In this document: positions 21,047 to 30,868 of the stretch, one piece after another
Position numbering within the stretch: position 1 is the stretch's first letter
Layout of the letters: every line of letters starts with the position of its first letter
Origin: Leptonemataceae bacterium
GTDB lineage: Bacteria; Spirochaetota; Leptospiria; Leptospirales; Leptonemataceae
Direction: 5' to 3'
DNA: 64,000 bases
Assembly: GCA_965227295.1 (NCBI GenBank)
Contig: OZ245742.1
Location: 1,024,001-1,088,000 of the forward strand
The notes under the pieces: generated by a model
What the model saw: the letters and a program-made list of their open reading frames with translations, nothing else
The model's database searches: none
What the model was told of the DNA's origin: nothing
Program-made: the position numbers and the translations under genes

Positions 21047-22171
21047 ATGCCGTCCTCCTCCACGATTCACTGCCGCCGCGCCGCCGTGCTGTTGCGCCGG
21101 GCCGGGCCGGGGGATGCCGTAAGCGCCGACGCCATGGGTCAGTGCCTGGCCCTGCGTGCGCAGGGCATCGAGGCACAACTTTTCGCTCACGACGGCGAAC
21201 TCCGCGGCGAAAACGTCCAGCCCGCCGCGAATCTACCGCGGTACGCGAATCATACTAAAGATCTAATCATCTATCATTACTCCATCGCCTGGGAAGAGGG
21301 TCTCGCCCTGATCGACCAAACTTCAGGAACGAAGATCTTAAAGTACCACAACGTAACGCCGCCGGAGTTTTTCGAACCCTACGAGCGCAACTACGCCCGG
21401 CTCTGCCGGCTCGGCCGCGGGCAACTGCATGACGTGGTACGCCGACCCTGGTTTCGATGGATCGGCGATTCGCGCTACAACGTCACGGACCTGCTTGCTG
21501 CCGGCGCCCCGGAGGAACGTTGTCGCATTGCGCCGCCGTTCGTACCCGTCGCGCCCCGGCGCCGCCTGGCGAAGGATCGCGCGCGAGCACGCAGGCAAGC
21601 CCTGGCCGCACCGCAGGGCCGAACGATCCTGAACGTCGGCCGCCTGGTGCCGAACAAGGGGCACGCCCTGCTCCTGCGTTCGTTCGCGTACTACGTGCAT
21701 GCCGTTCGTTCCCGGGGCGAGGCCCCGCCGCGGCTGATCCTCGCGGGGTCGATGGATCCGAACCTGAGTCGCTACTACGACGAACTCCGCCGCATCAGCG
21801 TGCACAACGGAATCGAAGCGCTCGTGACGTTTACCGGTTGGATCAGCGACGAAGAGTTGCGCGCGTGTTACGAGGTCGCCGATCTGTTGAGCATTACCAG
21901 CGAGCACGAAGGCTTCTGCGTACCCATCGTCGAGGCCATGCGCCGCGGACTGCCGGTGCTGGTGCTCGAACGCGGGGCCGTCGGTGAAACCACGGGGGAT
22001 GCGGGCATCGTGCTGGGTGAGGACGATGCGGCACAGTTCGGTGCGGCCATGGACCGGCTGCTGAACAATGCGGACATGATGACCGAACTCGCGCGCCGGG
22101 GCCGCCGACGTTTCCGCGGGCATTTCAGCATGCCGGCGGCGAAGCGCGCATTCTTCGAGGCTCTGCGTTAA
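21047..22171 (+). CDS. Glycosyltransferase family 4
   Basis: YHNVTPPEFF, VGRLVPNKG, SEHEGFCVPIVEAM. Confidence 0.92.
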   Translation: MPSSSTIHCRRAAVLLRRAGPGDAVSADAMGQCLALRAQGIEAQLFAHDGELRGENVQPAANLPRYANHTKDLIIYHYSIAWEEGLALIDQTSGTKILKYHNVTPPEFFEPYERNYARLCRLGRGQLHDVVRRPWFRWIGDSRYNVTDLLAAGAPEERCRIAPPFVPVAPRRRLAKDRARARRQALAAPQGRTILNVGRLVPNKGHALLLRSFAYYVHAVRSRGEAPPRLILAGSMDPNLSRYYDELRRISVHNGIEALVTFTGWISDEELRACYEVADLLSITSEHEGFCVPIVEAMRRGLPVLVLERGAVGETTGDAGIVLGEDDAAQFGAAMDRLLNNADMMTELARRGRRRFRGHFSMPAAKRAFFEALR

Positions 22172-22193
22172 CTTCACTGGAAATCATCTTACT

Positions 22194-23312
22194 ATGAACG
22201 GGAAACGCATCGCCATCCTCAACGCCCACGTCCATCGCGGCGACGCCGTCGGCCACGATACCCTGGAAATGTGCGCGGTCCTGCGGGCGGCCGGCCACGA
22301 TGCGCGCATCTTCGCCCCGGGCGCGGACGCCGGCCTGCCGCTGCGAGTGGAACCCATGCGGAATGTACGCGCATTCATCCAATCTCCCGACGACATCTTG
22401 CTCTATCACTACACCGTCGCCTGGGAAGAGCCCCTCCAGCTCTTTCGCGAACTGGAATGCCGGCGCATCATCAAATACCACAACGTAACGCCGCCGGAAT
22501 TCTTTGCGCCGTATCACTCCGGCTACGCCGACCTCTGCCGCCGCGGACGTTCCATGCTGCGCGAGTTCACGGCGACCCGGCCGGACCTCATGATCGGCGA
22601 TTCGCAGTACAACGTCCAGGACCTCATCGAAGCCGGCGCCGATCCGGAACGCACCGCGGTGGTGCCGCCGTTCCACGCCATCGATGAACTCATCGAAACA
22701 CTGGACGCCGATTTACACATGACCGCGCGGCTCAGTCCGGACGCCTTCGGTGCGCAGCGCAACGTACTCATGGTCGGCCGGGTGGTACCAAACAAGGGCC
22801 ACGAGTTGTTGATTCGTTCGTTCGCGTTGTATCGCGAGTTTTATGATCGTCACTGCCGGTTGATCATCGCGGGGAAACGCGAGGTTTTGTTGCACGGTTA
22901 TACCATGCACCTGCGTCGATTGATCGAGCGCCACGAACTGGAAGACGCCGTTCTGTTTACAGATCGCATATCGGCGGAAGCGTTGAAGGCGTGTTACCTC
23001 ACCGCCCACGCGTTCTGCATGACCAGCGATCACGAGGGTTTTTGCGTGCCTCTCATTGAAGCCATGGCCTTCGGCATCCCGGTGCTCGCGCTGGATCGCG
23101 GCGCAGTGGGCGAGACGGCCGGCGACGGAGCCATCGTGTGGAACGAAAAAGATCCCGCACTGTTCGCCGCAAGTCTCGGAAGGATCCTTGGCCGCGACGG
23201 CGAAGGCGACGCGCGGGAACTCGCCGAACGTGGACGGCAACGGTACCACGAGCACTTTACGAACCGTGTCATTCGCGAACGCTTCTTACAGGTGTTGGAG
23301 CCGTTTCTGTGA
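22194..23312 (+). CDS. Glycosyltransferase family 4 (paralog of upstream gene)
   Basis: YHNVTPPEFF, VGRVVPNKG, SDHEGFCVPLIEAM. Confidence 0.92.
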   Translation: MNGKRIAILNAHVHRGDAVGHDTLEMCAVLRAAGHDARIFAPGADAGLPLRVEPMRNVRAFIQSPDDILLYHYTVAWEEPLQLFRELECRRIIKYHNVTPPEFFAPYHSGYADLCRRGRSMLREFTATRPDLMIGDSQYNVQDLIEAGADPERTAVVPPFHAIDELIETLDADLHMTARLSPDAFGAQRNVLMVGRVVPNKGHELLIRSFALYREFYDRHCRLIIAGKREVLLHGYTMHLRRLIERHELEDAVLFTDRISAEALKACYLTAHAFCMTSDHEGFCVPLIEAMAFGIPVLALDRGAVGETAGDGAIVWNEKDPALFAASLGRILGRDGEGDARELAERGRQRYHEHFTNRVIRERFLQVLEPFL

Positions 23313-24544
23313 AACGCGTCGCCCTGGTGGTCCAGCGCTGTCACGCCGATGTCGTCGGCGGGGCGGAAAGCCTGGCCTGGCAGTACGCGGAATTCCTGCG
23401 CGACGCCGACGGCTACGCCGTGGACGTCCTCACGAGCCGGGCCGTGGACGCGGATACCTGGCGCAACGTTCTGCCGGAAGGCGAGGACTCCCGGGAAGGC
23501 GTGCGCATCTTACGTTTTACCTGCGAAGCCGGTCACGACCGACACTGGCAACAGGAACACGAGGTCCTCGCCCATCACTACCGCGCCGCCGCCCGGCGCC
23601 GTCGCAACAGCCTCCTCGAACTTCCCGGGACACCGACCATTCCCTGGACCCGCGCGCGCCAGGAAGATTGGGTGCGCCGCCAGGGCCCGTACAGCCGGGC
23701 GATGCTCGAATACATTCGCGAACACCACGCACGCTACGATGCGTGGATCTTCGTCACGTATCTGTTCGCGCCCACGGTCTTCGGCCTGCCCCTGGTCCCG
23801 CGCCGACGATCGATCCTGGTCCCCGCCGTGCACGACGAGGCGCCGGCCTATCTTTCGATCTATCGCGATCTGGTCCGGAGCGCCGGCTGCCTTTTCTGGA
23901 ACACGAAGGCGGAGTCGCGCTTCGGCGAGCAACTATGGGGCGCGGGCCTGAACGGTTCCGTGGTCAGCATGGGCATCGAAACGAACGTGAACACGGACGT
24001 CCCGCGGCCGCGTTTTCCGTACGCGTTGTACTGCGGTCGCATCGATCCGGGCAAGGGCTGTCAGAATCTCGTGGACTGGTTCGTGCGTTTCCAGAAAGAA
24101 CACCCCGGCCCGGCCAAACTTCTTTTCACTGGCAGTTTGCAGATGAAGTTACCCCGCCGACGGGACGTGCGCTATCTGGGGTTCGTCAGCGAGGCGGAAA
24201 AGTCAAAACTGATCAGCGCCGCGCGGGTCCTGGTGGTGCCGTCGCCGCACGAAAGTTTGAGCATTGTGGCCCTGGAAGCCCTGGCCCGCGGTACGCCCAT
24301 TCTGGTGTGGGGGCAAAACCCCGTGCTCCGGGATCATGCCGCGAGCGGCGGCGGCCTCACGTTCACGAGTTACGATGAGTTTCGCCAGGGCCTGGGCACG
24401 ATCCTCGCCAACGTACAATTGCGCGAACAATTCGCCGCCGCCGGACGCCCGTACGTCTGTGAGCGCTACGACATCGATCGGGTGCGCACACGCTTTTTCG
24501 AAGAGCTCGAAGGCCTGCTGCGGCGTGCGGAGGACGCAGCGTGA
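23309..24544 (+). CDS. Glycosyltransferase family 4
   Basis: GTG start overlapping upstream TGA; VVQRC..VVGGAE, VPAVHDE, GRIDPGKG, PSPHESLSIVALEA. Confidence 0.92.
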   Translation: MKRVALVVQRCHADVVGGAESLAWQYAEFLRDADGYAVDVLTSRAVDADTWRNVLPEGEDSREGVRILRFTCEAGHDRHWQQEHEVLAHHYRAAARRRRNSLLELPGTPTIPWTRARQEDWVRRQGPYSRAMLEYIREHHARYDAWIFVTYLFAPTVFGLPLVPRRRSILVPAVHDEAPAYLSIYRDLVRSAGCLFWNTKAESRFGEQLWGAGLNGSVVSMGIETNVNTDVPRPRFPYALYCGRIDPGKGCQNLVDWFVRFQKEHPGPAKLLFTGSLQMKLPRRRDVRYLGFVSEAEKSKLISAARVLVVPSPHESLSIVALEALARGTPILVWGQNPVLRDHAASGGGLTFTSYDEFRQGLGTILANVQLREQFAAAGRPYVCERYDIDRVRTRFFEELEGLLRRAEDAA

Positions 24545-25782
24545 ATGCGAAACGCGCGGCGGTGATCGTGCAGCGCTGGTATCCCGGCGTGACCGGCGGT
24601 TCGGAGCAACTGGCGTTTGCGTATACGCAGTACTTAAAAGAAGACTATGACGTGGATCTCATCACCACGTGCGCGAAAGACGCGTTGACCTGGAAGAACG
24701 AGATCGATCCCGGCGAGGACGAGGTGCACGGTGTCCGCATACTGCGATTCCCGGTGTTGCGCGAGCGCGATGCGTACTGGCACGAGTTGCATCGTTTACT
24801 CATCCGGACCCATCATGTCCAACAGAGCGAACCGGTCCCGGAATCTTACAACTACTTCAAGGACATACCGCCGGCGTTCTTCTGGACCGCGGCATTGCAG
24901 GAAGAATGGATTCGCCGCCAGGGCCCGCACAGCCCGGACCTCGTCGCCTATCTTCGTCACAACGCCGCGGCGTACGACGTACTGATCTTCGTAACGTACC
25001 TGTATGCGCCGACCTACTTCGGCAGCCGCGATCTCAATCACGCGAACGTGCTGCTGGTGCCGACGCTGCACGACGAGATCCCGGCGCACTTCCCCGTCTT
25101 TCGCGACATGTCCCGGCGCTTTCGTCGTTGCCTCTGGAATACCGAAACGGAACGCGAACTCGGCGCGCGCCTGTGGAACAATCCGTCCCATGAACAGCAC
25201 CTCGTATCCATGGGCCTGGATACGGAACACGCGCCGGCCGAAAGTATCGCCGCCGTGCGCCGGCGTTACGCAAACGATGAACCCTACGTTTTGTACAGCG
25301 GACGCATCGACGCGGGTAAGGGTTGCGATCACATGCTTGAGTTCTTCTTGCGATGGAGAACGCGGCGCAATGCGCAGCAACGCCTCATTCTTACCGGCGC
25401 CCTGCACGATCTTCTGCTGCCGAAGGACGACGCCGTACGTTACGCCGGTTTCGTCCCCGAAGCGGACAAGCTCGCGCTCATGGCCGGCGCCGATGCGTTC
25501 CTCATACCGTCCGTAAACGAAAGCCTGAGCATCGTTACATTGGAAGCCATGGCCCAGGGCACTCCCGTCCTGCTGAATGCAGACGGCCAGGTGTTAATGG
25601 AACACCTGCGCCGCGCCGGTGGCGGGGCGGCGGCATATCACGATGCGAATAGCTTCGCCGCACAACTGGACGAGATCCTTGCGGTGCCGGGACAATTCCG
25701 CGGCCAGGCCAGACAATACGTTGTCGAAAACTTCGCGCACGATTCGGTGCGGCAGCGGCTGATCAAAGCGGTCCAGGCCTGA
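24541..25782 (+). CDS. Glycosyltransferase family 4 (paralog of upstream gene)
   Basis: IVQRW..VTGGSE, VPTLHDE, GRIDAGKG, PSVNESLSIVTLEA. Confidence 0.92.
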   Translation: MNAKRAAVIVQRWYPGVTGGSEQLAFAYTQYLKEDYDVDLITTCAKDALTWKNEIDPGEDEVHGVRILRFPVLRERDAYWHELHRLLIRTHHVQQSEPVPESYNYFKDIPPAFFWTAALQEEWIRRQGPHSPDLVAYLRHNAAAYDVLIFVTYLYAPTYFGSRDLNHANVLLVPTLHDEIPAHFPVFRDMSRRFRRCLWNTETERELGARLWNNPSHEQHLVSMGLDTEHAPAESIAAVRRRYANDEPYVLYSGRIDAGKGCDHMLEFFLRWRTRRNAQQRLILTGALHDLLLPKDDAVRYAGFVPEADKLALMAGADAFLIPSVNESLSIVTLEAMAQGTPVLLNADGQVLMEHLRRAGGGAAAYHDANSFAAQLDEILAVPGQFRGQARQYVVENFAHDSVRQRLIKAVQA

Positions 25783-25815
25783 GGCACGTACAGCAAGCCT
25801 GGAGCGTTGCTCAAT

Positions 25816-26310
25816 TCAGCCCAGCGCTCTGATGTACTCCGGCTGAAGTTGCCAGACGATCATGCCGCGGCCGGTGGGGCGAGGGAACGGTAGATTCAAC
25901 GCCAGTACGGAACCCGGCGTAAAATAAAAGCCGCCTTCGCGCAGACCGGTCAGCGCCCCGGCCAGCCGCATTACGTCCGGTGCGTGAAAGATCCATATCG
26001 ACACCGAGTTCGCATCCAGCTCGTCGAAAATGTCGAGCGCGTCGTCGATGGCGAAACCGGGAGCAAGCCGGGGTTCCTCACTCAACCGCGGGTTACCGCC
26101 GCCGGCATTCGCCAGACTGCGCGTGAGCTGATCGCCGGTTTCCTTCGTGCGCGCCAACGGACTCGTGCGCACCTCGCCGACCTTCCAGCCCGTCCCCGCA
26201 ATGAACCGGCCCATGCGAGCAACGTCGGAGCGGCCGGTGTCGGTAAGGCGGCGCTGGAAATCGTCGATACCCGGCTCCGCTTCGCCGTGACGCATAATGA
26301 GCAACTTCAT
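25816..26310 (-). CDS. sixA: Phosphohistidine phosphatase SixA
   Basis: MKLLIMRHGEAE, RRLTDTG, SPLARTKET, FHAP. Confidence 0.85.
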   Translation of the reverse strand: MKLLIMRHGEAEPGIDDFQRRLTDTGRSDVARMGRFIAGTGWKVGEVRTSPLARTKETGDQLTRSLANAGGGNPRLSEEPRLAPGFAIDDALDIFDELDANSVSIWIFHAPDVMRLAGALTGLREGGFYFTPGSVLALNLPFPRPTGRGMIVWQLQPEYIRALG

Positions 26311-26392
26311 CGTGCCAGTCGAAGACGTAGAGAAGATCGGTCAAAGAAATTATTGTTGGACCAGGAAAGGAAGCCGCGACATACAGTCCGAC

Positions 26393-27331
26393 GTGTCCAC
26401 GGCGGTCATTGAAAGCCAGGGGCTGACGAAGTTTTACGGAAAACTTTCGGCACTCCAGAACCTTGAACTCCAGGTCGGCTCCGGAGAAATCTTCGGATTC
26501 CTCGGGCCGAACGGCGCCGGCAAAACCACGTTCATCAAAATCCTGCTCGCGTTCATTCGTCCGTCCGGCGGCGACATTCGCATTCTCGGCGATAGCCCGG
26601 AGCGCCTGGATCGCGCACGCATCGGTTATCTGCCGGAGCGCGTAAGCATTCAGCCGTTCCTCACCGGCCGCGAGTTCCTGCGCTACCAGGGCCGGCTCCT
26701 GGGACTGAGCGGCACCGAACTCGCGAACCGCGTAGATCGTTGCCTGGAGCGCGTCGAACTCACCGAGGCCGCGGACCGGCGAGTCGCCACGTACTCCAAA
26801 GGCATGATCCAGCGTGTGGGCCTTGCCCAGGCCATCCTCGGCGAACCGGAACTGCTGCTCCTCGACGAACCGGCGTCCGGCCTGGATCCCATCGGCATCG
26901 CGCGCATTCGGGAGATCATGCTCGAAGAACGGAAGCGCGGCGCGACGGTATTTTTTAATTCGCATCAACTGCTCGAAGTGGAAAAGACCTGTGATCGTGT
27001 GGCCATCCTGAACCGCGGTCGCCTGGCGGCTCAGGGCCGCTCCGGAGAACTCTCTTCACGCCAGGGTGTCACCCTGGAAGTCAGCGTTACGAACGACGCG
27101 TTGAACGAACTCATTCGCAAGTACGATGCAACGGCGAACGCCGAAACGACCGTCGGCGGCGGCACACGCTACGAACTCTCCATTACAAATGACGAAGAGG
27201 AACGCCGTTTTCCCGCGCGGGTCGTGGAAACCGGAGCACGCATTGAGAAGTACGCGCGCCATGCGGAGAGCCTGGAAGAAATCTTTCATCGCCTCATAAG
27301 CGCGGGCGACACCGGAGCTGCGCAGTCATGA
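26393..27331 (+). CDS. ABC transporter ATP-binding protein
   Basis: GPNGAGKTT, YSKGM signature, LLLDEP; start moved to GTG 26393 to avoid overlap with sixA. Confidence 0.93.
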   Translation: MSTAVIESQGLTKFYGKLSALQNLELQVGSGEIFGFLGPNGAGKTTFIKILLAFIRPSGGDIRILGDSPERLDRARIGYLPERVSIQPFLTGREFLRYQGRLLGLSGTELANRVDRCLERVELTEAADRRVATYSKGMIQRVGLAQAILGEPELLLLDEPASGLDPIGIARIREIMLEERKRGATVFFNSHQLLEVEKTCDRVAILNRGRLAAQGRSGELSSRQGVTLEVSVTNDALNELIRKYDATANAETTVGGGTRYELSITNDEEERRFPARVVETGARIEKYARHAESLEEIFHRLISAGDTGAAQS

Positions 27332-28299
27332 TGTCCGTTCTGAATCGTGTGGGCGTTATCTTCGCGCTGACGTTCCAGGAAGCGCGGCGGCGACGCCTGT
27401 TGATCATCTTCCTGATCGGCTGCATTCTGTTTATGGGCGGCGGGGCGACGTGCACCAACGGCTGTCGGCACCTGGAGCGCAGCGGCTTCGACCAGTACCG
27501 CTGGCAGGTCGAACAGCAGATGATCCAGAAGCAGGTGCCGCAGGCAGAACAAAAGCGCCAGCTCGCCGAACTGGATCATCAGTACAAACTTCAGCAAAAA
27601 GAGAGCGAACGCACGCTACAGTCCGCCCTGGTGATCGTCGGCTACGGACTCATTGCGTTCTGGTCGTACCTGCTCGCGGCTTTTTTCATTCCGTTCCTGG
27701 CCTTCAACGACTTTGCGACGAACCTGCACGTCTTGATCCTGGCGCGCCCGGTCCGACGATGGGAGTACCTCTTCGGAAAATTCGCGGCGGCCGCGGGCCT
27801 GGTGCTCGCCAGCGCGGCGCTCCTGTTGCTCTGCTACTTTCCGTTGATGAAGTTCGTCACCGGCGGTTGGGGCTTCGAAATCCTGCGCGGTCTCCTGTAC
27901 TTGCTCCAGGGCATTATCGTGTGGATTTTATTGCTCATGTTTTTGAGCCTCGCCACGGGCCGCCTGATTGCCGTTTTCCTGGGCCTCGTCGTTCTCGCCC
28001 TGGGCATTGTCCCGGGTTATCTCATCGCCCTGCAAACACCGCTGGAAGGCGGCATTACCGGCCAGGCCGTAGTCTACCTGCTCGGTTACGGCCTCCCGCA
28101 ATTGACGGTGAACTTCGTCCACGGTTTCGGAGCCATGGCCGTGGACCTGCCGGGCCTGGAAGAGATGGTACGGGAGTCCGGTCTGCGGAAGATCGGGAAC
28201 CACAGCGCCTGGCACGCCATCCTGCTGAACTTTGCCTGGATTGCCCTCTTATGGACGGGCCTGGTGCTGATCTTTCGTCGTCGCGAACTGGACGCATAG
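27328..28299 (+). CDS. ABC-2 type permease
   Basis: TFQEARRRR, LARPVRRWEYLFGKF, C-terminal FRRREL; overlaps ATPase stop. Confidence 0.88.
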   Translation: MMSVLNRVGVIFALTFQEARRRRLLIIFLIGCILFMGGGATCTNGCRHLERSGFDQYRWQVEQQMIQKQVPQAEQKRQLAELDHQYKLQQKESERTLQSALVIVGYGLIAFWSYLLAAFFIPFLAFNDFATNLHVLILARPVRRWEYLFGKFAAAAGLVLASAALLLLCYFPLMKFVTGGWGFEILRGLLYLLQGIIVWILLLMFLSLATGRLIAVFLGLVVLALGIVPGYLIALQTPLEGGITGQAVVYLLGYGLPQLTVNFVHGFGAMAVDLPGLEEMVRESGLRKIGNHSAWHAILLNFAWIALLWTGLVLIFRRRELDA

Positions 28300-28389
28300 T
28301 CCCTGCGTATCGAAATAATCCCGGATGTCCGTTCGTCTCATAGTGCAACCCTTGACATACAGGTCCGCGCCGCGGATCAATGTACCCCG

Positions 28390-29079
28390 GTGAGCAGCCC
28401 AACGTTACAACAAATCAACGAGAACATCTCCGTCACGGTCACGAACGGAAAGTATCTCACGCTGAAAACCCACCGCATGACCGGCATGGTGGAGAAGCAC
28501 ATTCAGCATGCCGTCGAAAGCATCCTCGACAAAAGCAAGCAGCCGTCCCTTGTCACGACGATCTATACCATTCTCAAAGAACTCGTAATTAACGGATGCA
28601 AGGCGAATCAGAAACGCATCTTCTTTGACGAACGCGGTCTGGACATCACGAATACCGACGACTACGTCGCCGGAAATGCCGAGTATAAAAAAATCTTCAG
28701 TGAGGACATGGCCCTCGAGTACGGGCTCAAGGCACGCACTCGCGGCTTCTACGTCGTGATCGACTTTCACTTCGACGACACCGGCATGACTCTCGAAGTC
28801 GTAAACAATACCAGCGTCGCCAGCCAGGAAGAGGCCGTGGTCCGGGAAAAACTGAAGAAGGCCATGGGCTACAACGACATCGCCGAATTCTACATGGAAC
28901 AGGCCATGAGCGAAGACGGCGACGAGGGCGCCGGCCTGGGCATTGCGCTGATCATCATCCTGTTGAAAGGCGAAGGCATCGATCCGAATCTCTTTCGCAT
29001 ATCCTTCGGCAAAGACAGCACCGTAGCGCGTCTGGAGATTCCGTTCACCGACGACTTCCAGAGCAAACGCGATCAGTAA
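28390..29079 (+). CDS. Stand-alone HATPase_c (anti-sigma kinase-like) protein
   Basis: N-box ILKELVINGCKAN, G-box EGAGLGIALI; no His-phosphoacceptor domain. Confidence 0.75.
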   Translation: MSSPTLQQINENISVTVTNGKYLTLKTHRMTGMVEKHIQHAVESILDKSKQPSLVTTIYTILKELVINGCKANQKRIFFDERGLDITNTDDYVAGNAEYKKIFSEDMALEYGLKARTRGFYVVIDFHFDDTGMTLEVVNNTSVASQEEAVVREKLKKAMGYNDIAEFYMEQAMSEDGDEGAGLGIALIIILLKGEGIDPNLFRISFGKDSTVARLEIPFTDDFQSKRDQ

Positions 29080-29096
29080 GCGCGGCCGCAAACGCC

Positions 29097-30368
29097 ATGG
29101 CCGGCATCAAGAACAGACTGCGACTCTACGATCGCTCCTTCGGCGACGCCCCCGATGCATCCGCATCGAACGAGCCGGTCCCCGCTCCGCCGCCGGCAAG
29201 CCCGCATCTCGCTCCCAAACAGTTCGGTTCCGCGCAGTTTCGCGCCCATGCGGAAGCGGTTTACGTACGCCGCGAACGTCTGGAAAGTCCCGGCCTCGGT
29301 TCCGTGCGCCTCGCCGATCATCTGCCGTTACGATTGAGCGGGATTCTGGAGCTGGCCCTCTGGCCGCGCCCGGAGGCTTTGCATCCGGAGGACGTCCTCT
29401 TTCTGGATACGGAAACCACCGGACTGAGCCGGGGCGTCGGCACCCTTCCGTTTCTTACGGGCCTCGCATTTTTCGAGGGCCACGCCCTAATTGTTGAACA
29501 GATATACTTAGACAACCCCGGCGGCGAAGAAGCCTACCTCGACTATCTCAAGCAGACCATGGAACGTTTCGAGTACCTCGTAAGCTACAACGGCCGTTCC
29601 TTCGACGTTCCGCTCATTCGCAACCGGCTCATCGTGAATCGCAAGAGCGGGCTGCGCGACGTGCCGCACTTCGACCTGCTGCACATCTTTCGGCGCCTGT
29701 TTCCGAAAGGCAGCCTGCCCGGCTACAAACAACAACACCTGGAACAAGAACTATTGCGCTTCGAACGCGAGGATGACATCCCCGGGGCCGAGATTCCGCA
29801 GATCTACTTCGACTACGTAAAGTACGGCCACGACGGCGGCATGGCCGACGTTTTCGCGCACAACTTCCGCGACCTCCAGGGCATGGTGTTGATTTTCCTC
29901 GAAGCCATTCGCATCTACGACGGTCGGGAAGGCGCACGGGGCGCCTTGCGTTCGGGCCTGGCCCGCATTCTGTTGCGCAACCGCCGCGAAGACGAGGCGC
30001 TGCATTTCCTGGAGAACATCGCGAGCGAACACGAGGCCGCCCTCACCGGCGACGAGGCCGCCGAAGTCTTAAGGTATCGTGATCTGTTATTACTGGGCCA
30101 GCTCTATCGCAGCCGCGGCGCCGCAGAAAAGGCCGTCATGATCTTCACGCGCGTCATTCATCGCTACGACTGCGCCTACGCGCGCATGTCCGTGGCGAAG
30201 CTCTACGAACACCGTCTGCGCGATTTTGACGCTGCGCTGCGTTACACGGACGAACTCATCGAACGTTTTCACGGTAACACGACCGAAGCAGCACCGGCCC
30301 GCGGATTGTACTCCCGCGCCGAACTGGAAAAACGCCGCAGCCGCATCGTACGGAAGATGGATTCGTGA
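29097..30368 (+). CDS. YprB-like RNase H-fold exonuclease with C-terminal TPR
   Basis: LFLDTETTGL, SYNGRSFDVP, HFDLLH, DDIPGAEIP, HNFRDL, AKLYEHR. Confidence 0.88.
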   Translation: MAGIKNRLRLYDRSFGDAPDASASNEPVPAPPPASPHLAPKQFGSAQFRAHAEAVYVRRERLESPGLGSVRLADHLPLRLSGILELALWPRPEALHPEDVLFLDTETTGLSRGVGTLPFLTGLAFFEGHALIVEQIYLDNPGGEEAYLDYLKQTMERFEYLVSYNGRSFDVPLIRNRLIVNRKSGLRDVPHFDLLHIFRRLFPKGSLPGYKQQHLEQELLRFEREDDIPGAEIPQIYFDYVKYGHDGGMADVFAHNFRDLQGMVLIFLEAIRIYDGREGARGALRSGLARILLRNRREDEALHFLENIASEHEAALTGDEAAEVLRYRDLLLLGQLYRSRGAAEKAVMIFTRVIHRYDCAYARMSVAKLYEHRLRDFDAALRYTDELIERFHGNTTEAAPARGLYSRAELEKRRSRIVRKMDS

Positions 30369-30375
30369 TTCGAAT

Positions 30376-30792
30376 CTATTTCTTTTTCCTGGCAGCCTTC
30401 TTTTTCGCGGCCCGTTTCTTTTTCTTCGCTGCCTTCTTCGCGGATTTGCGTGCCGGCGTCCCCGAACGCACCGCGGCCTCGTAGGCCTTGCGTGCCCAGG
30501 TAAGCATGACTTCGCGATTCTCCAGCGCGTCGTCCGGAGCGCGGTGATAGGACATGGCAACGGGCTTCGGCCGATTGTAGAGCGTGAACGGCTCGAGGTC
30601 CAGTTCCTCAAAATCCGCGCGATTGCCGTCGTCTACCTTCAAGTACAACACATCGTCGGCGACGAGCCCGAACATCTTGCTGCCGCGGTAAATGCCGAAG
30701 CCCCCGAACATGCGTTTCGCCTGCACGGCGCCCAGATCGGCCATCAGGTCCAGGAGGTGATCGATGAATTCGTTGTTGTGAGCGGTTTTCAT
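30376..30792 (-). CDS. TfoX N-terminal domain protein with Lys/Ala-rich tail
   Basis: KRMFGGFGIY, MFGLVADDVLYLKVD, MSYH; tail KKAAKKKKRAAKKKAARKKK. Confidence 0.88.
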   Translation of the reverse strand: MKTAHNNEFIDHLLDLMADLGAVQAKRMFGGFGIYRGSKMFGLVADDVLYLKVDDGNRADFEELDLEPFTLYNRPKPVAMSYHRAPDDALENREVMLTWARKAYEAAVRSGTPARKSAKKAAKKKKRAAKKKAARKKK

Positions 30793-30868
30793 ATGGGTTC
30801 GTGGTTGCACGGATACTGCGAATCGTCGACGAGGGACGCAATCCGAATTCCCGGGCCAGGAGGTCAGA

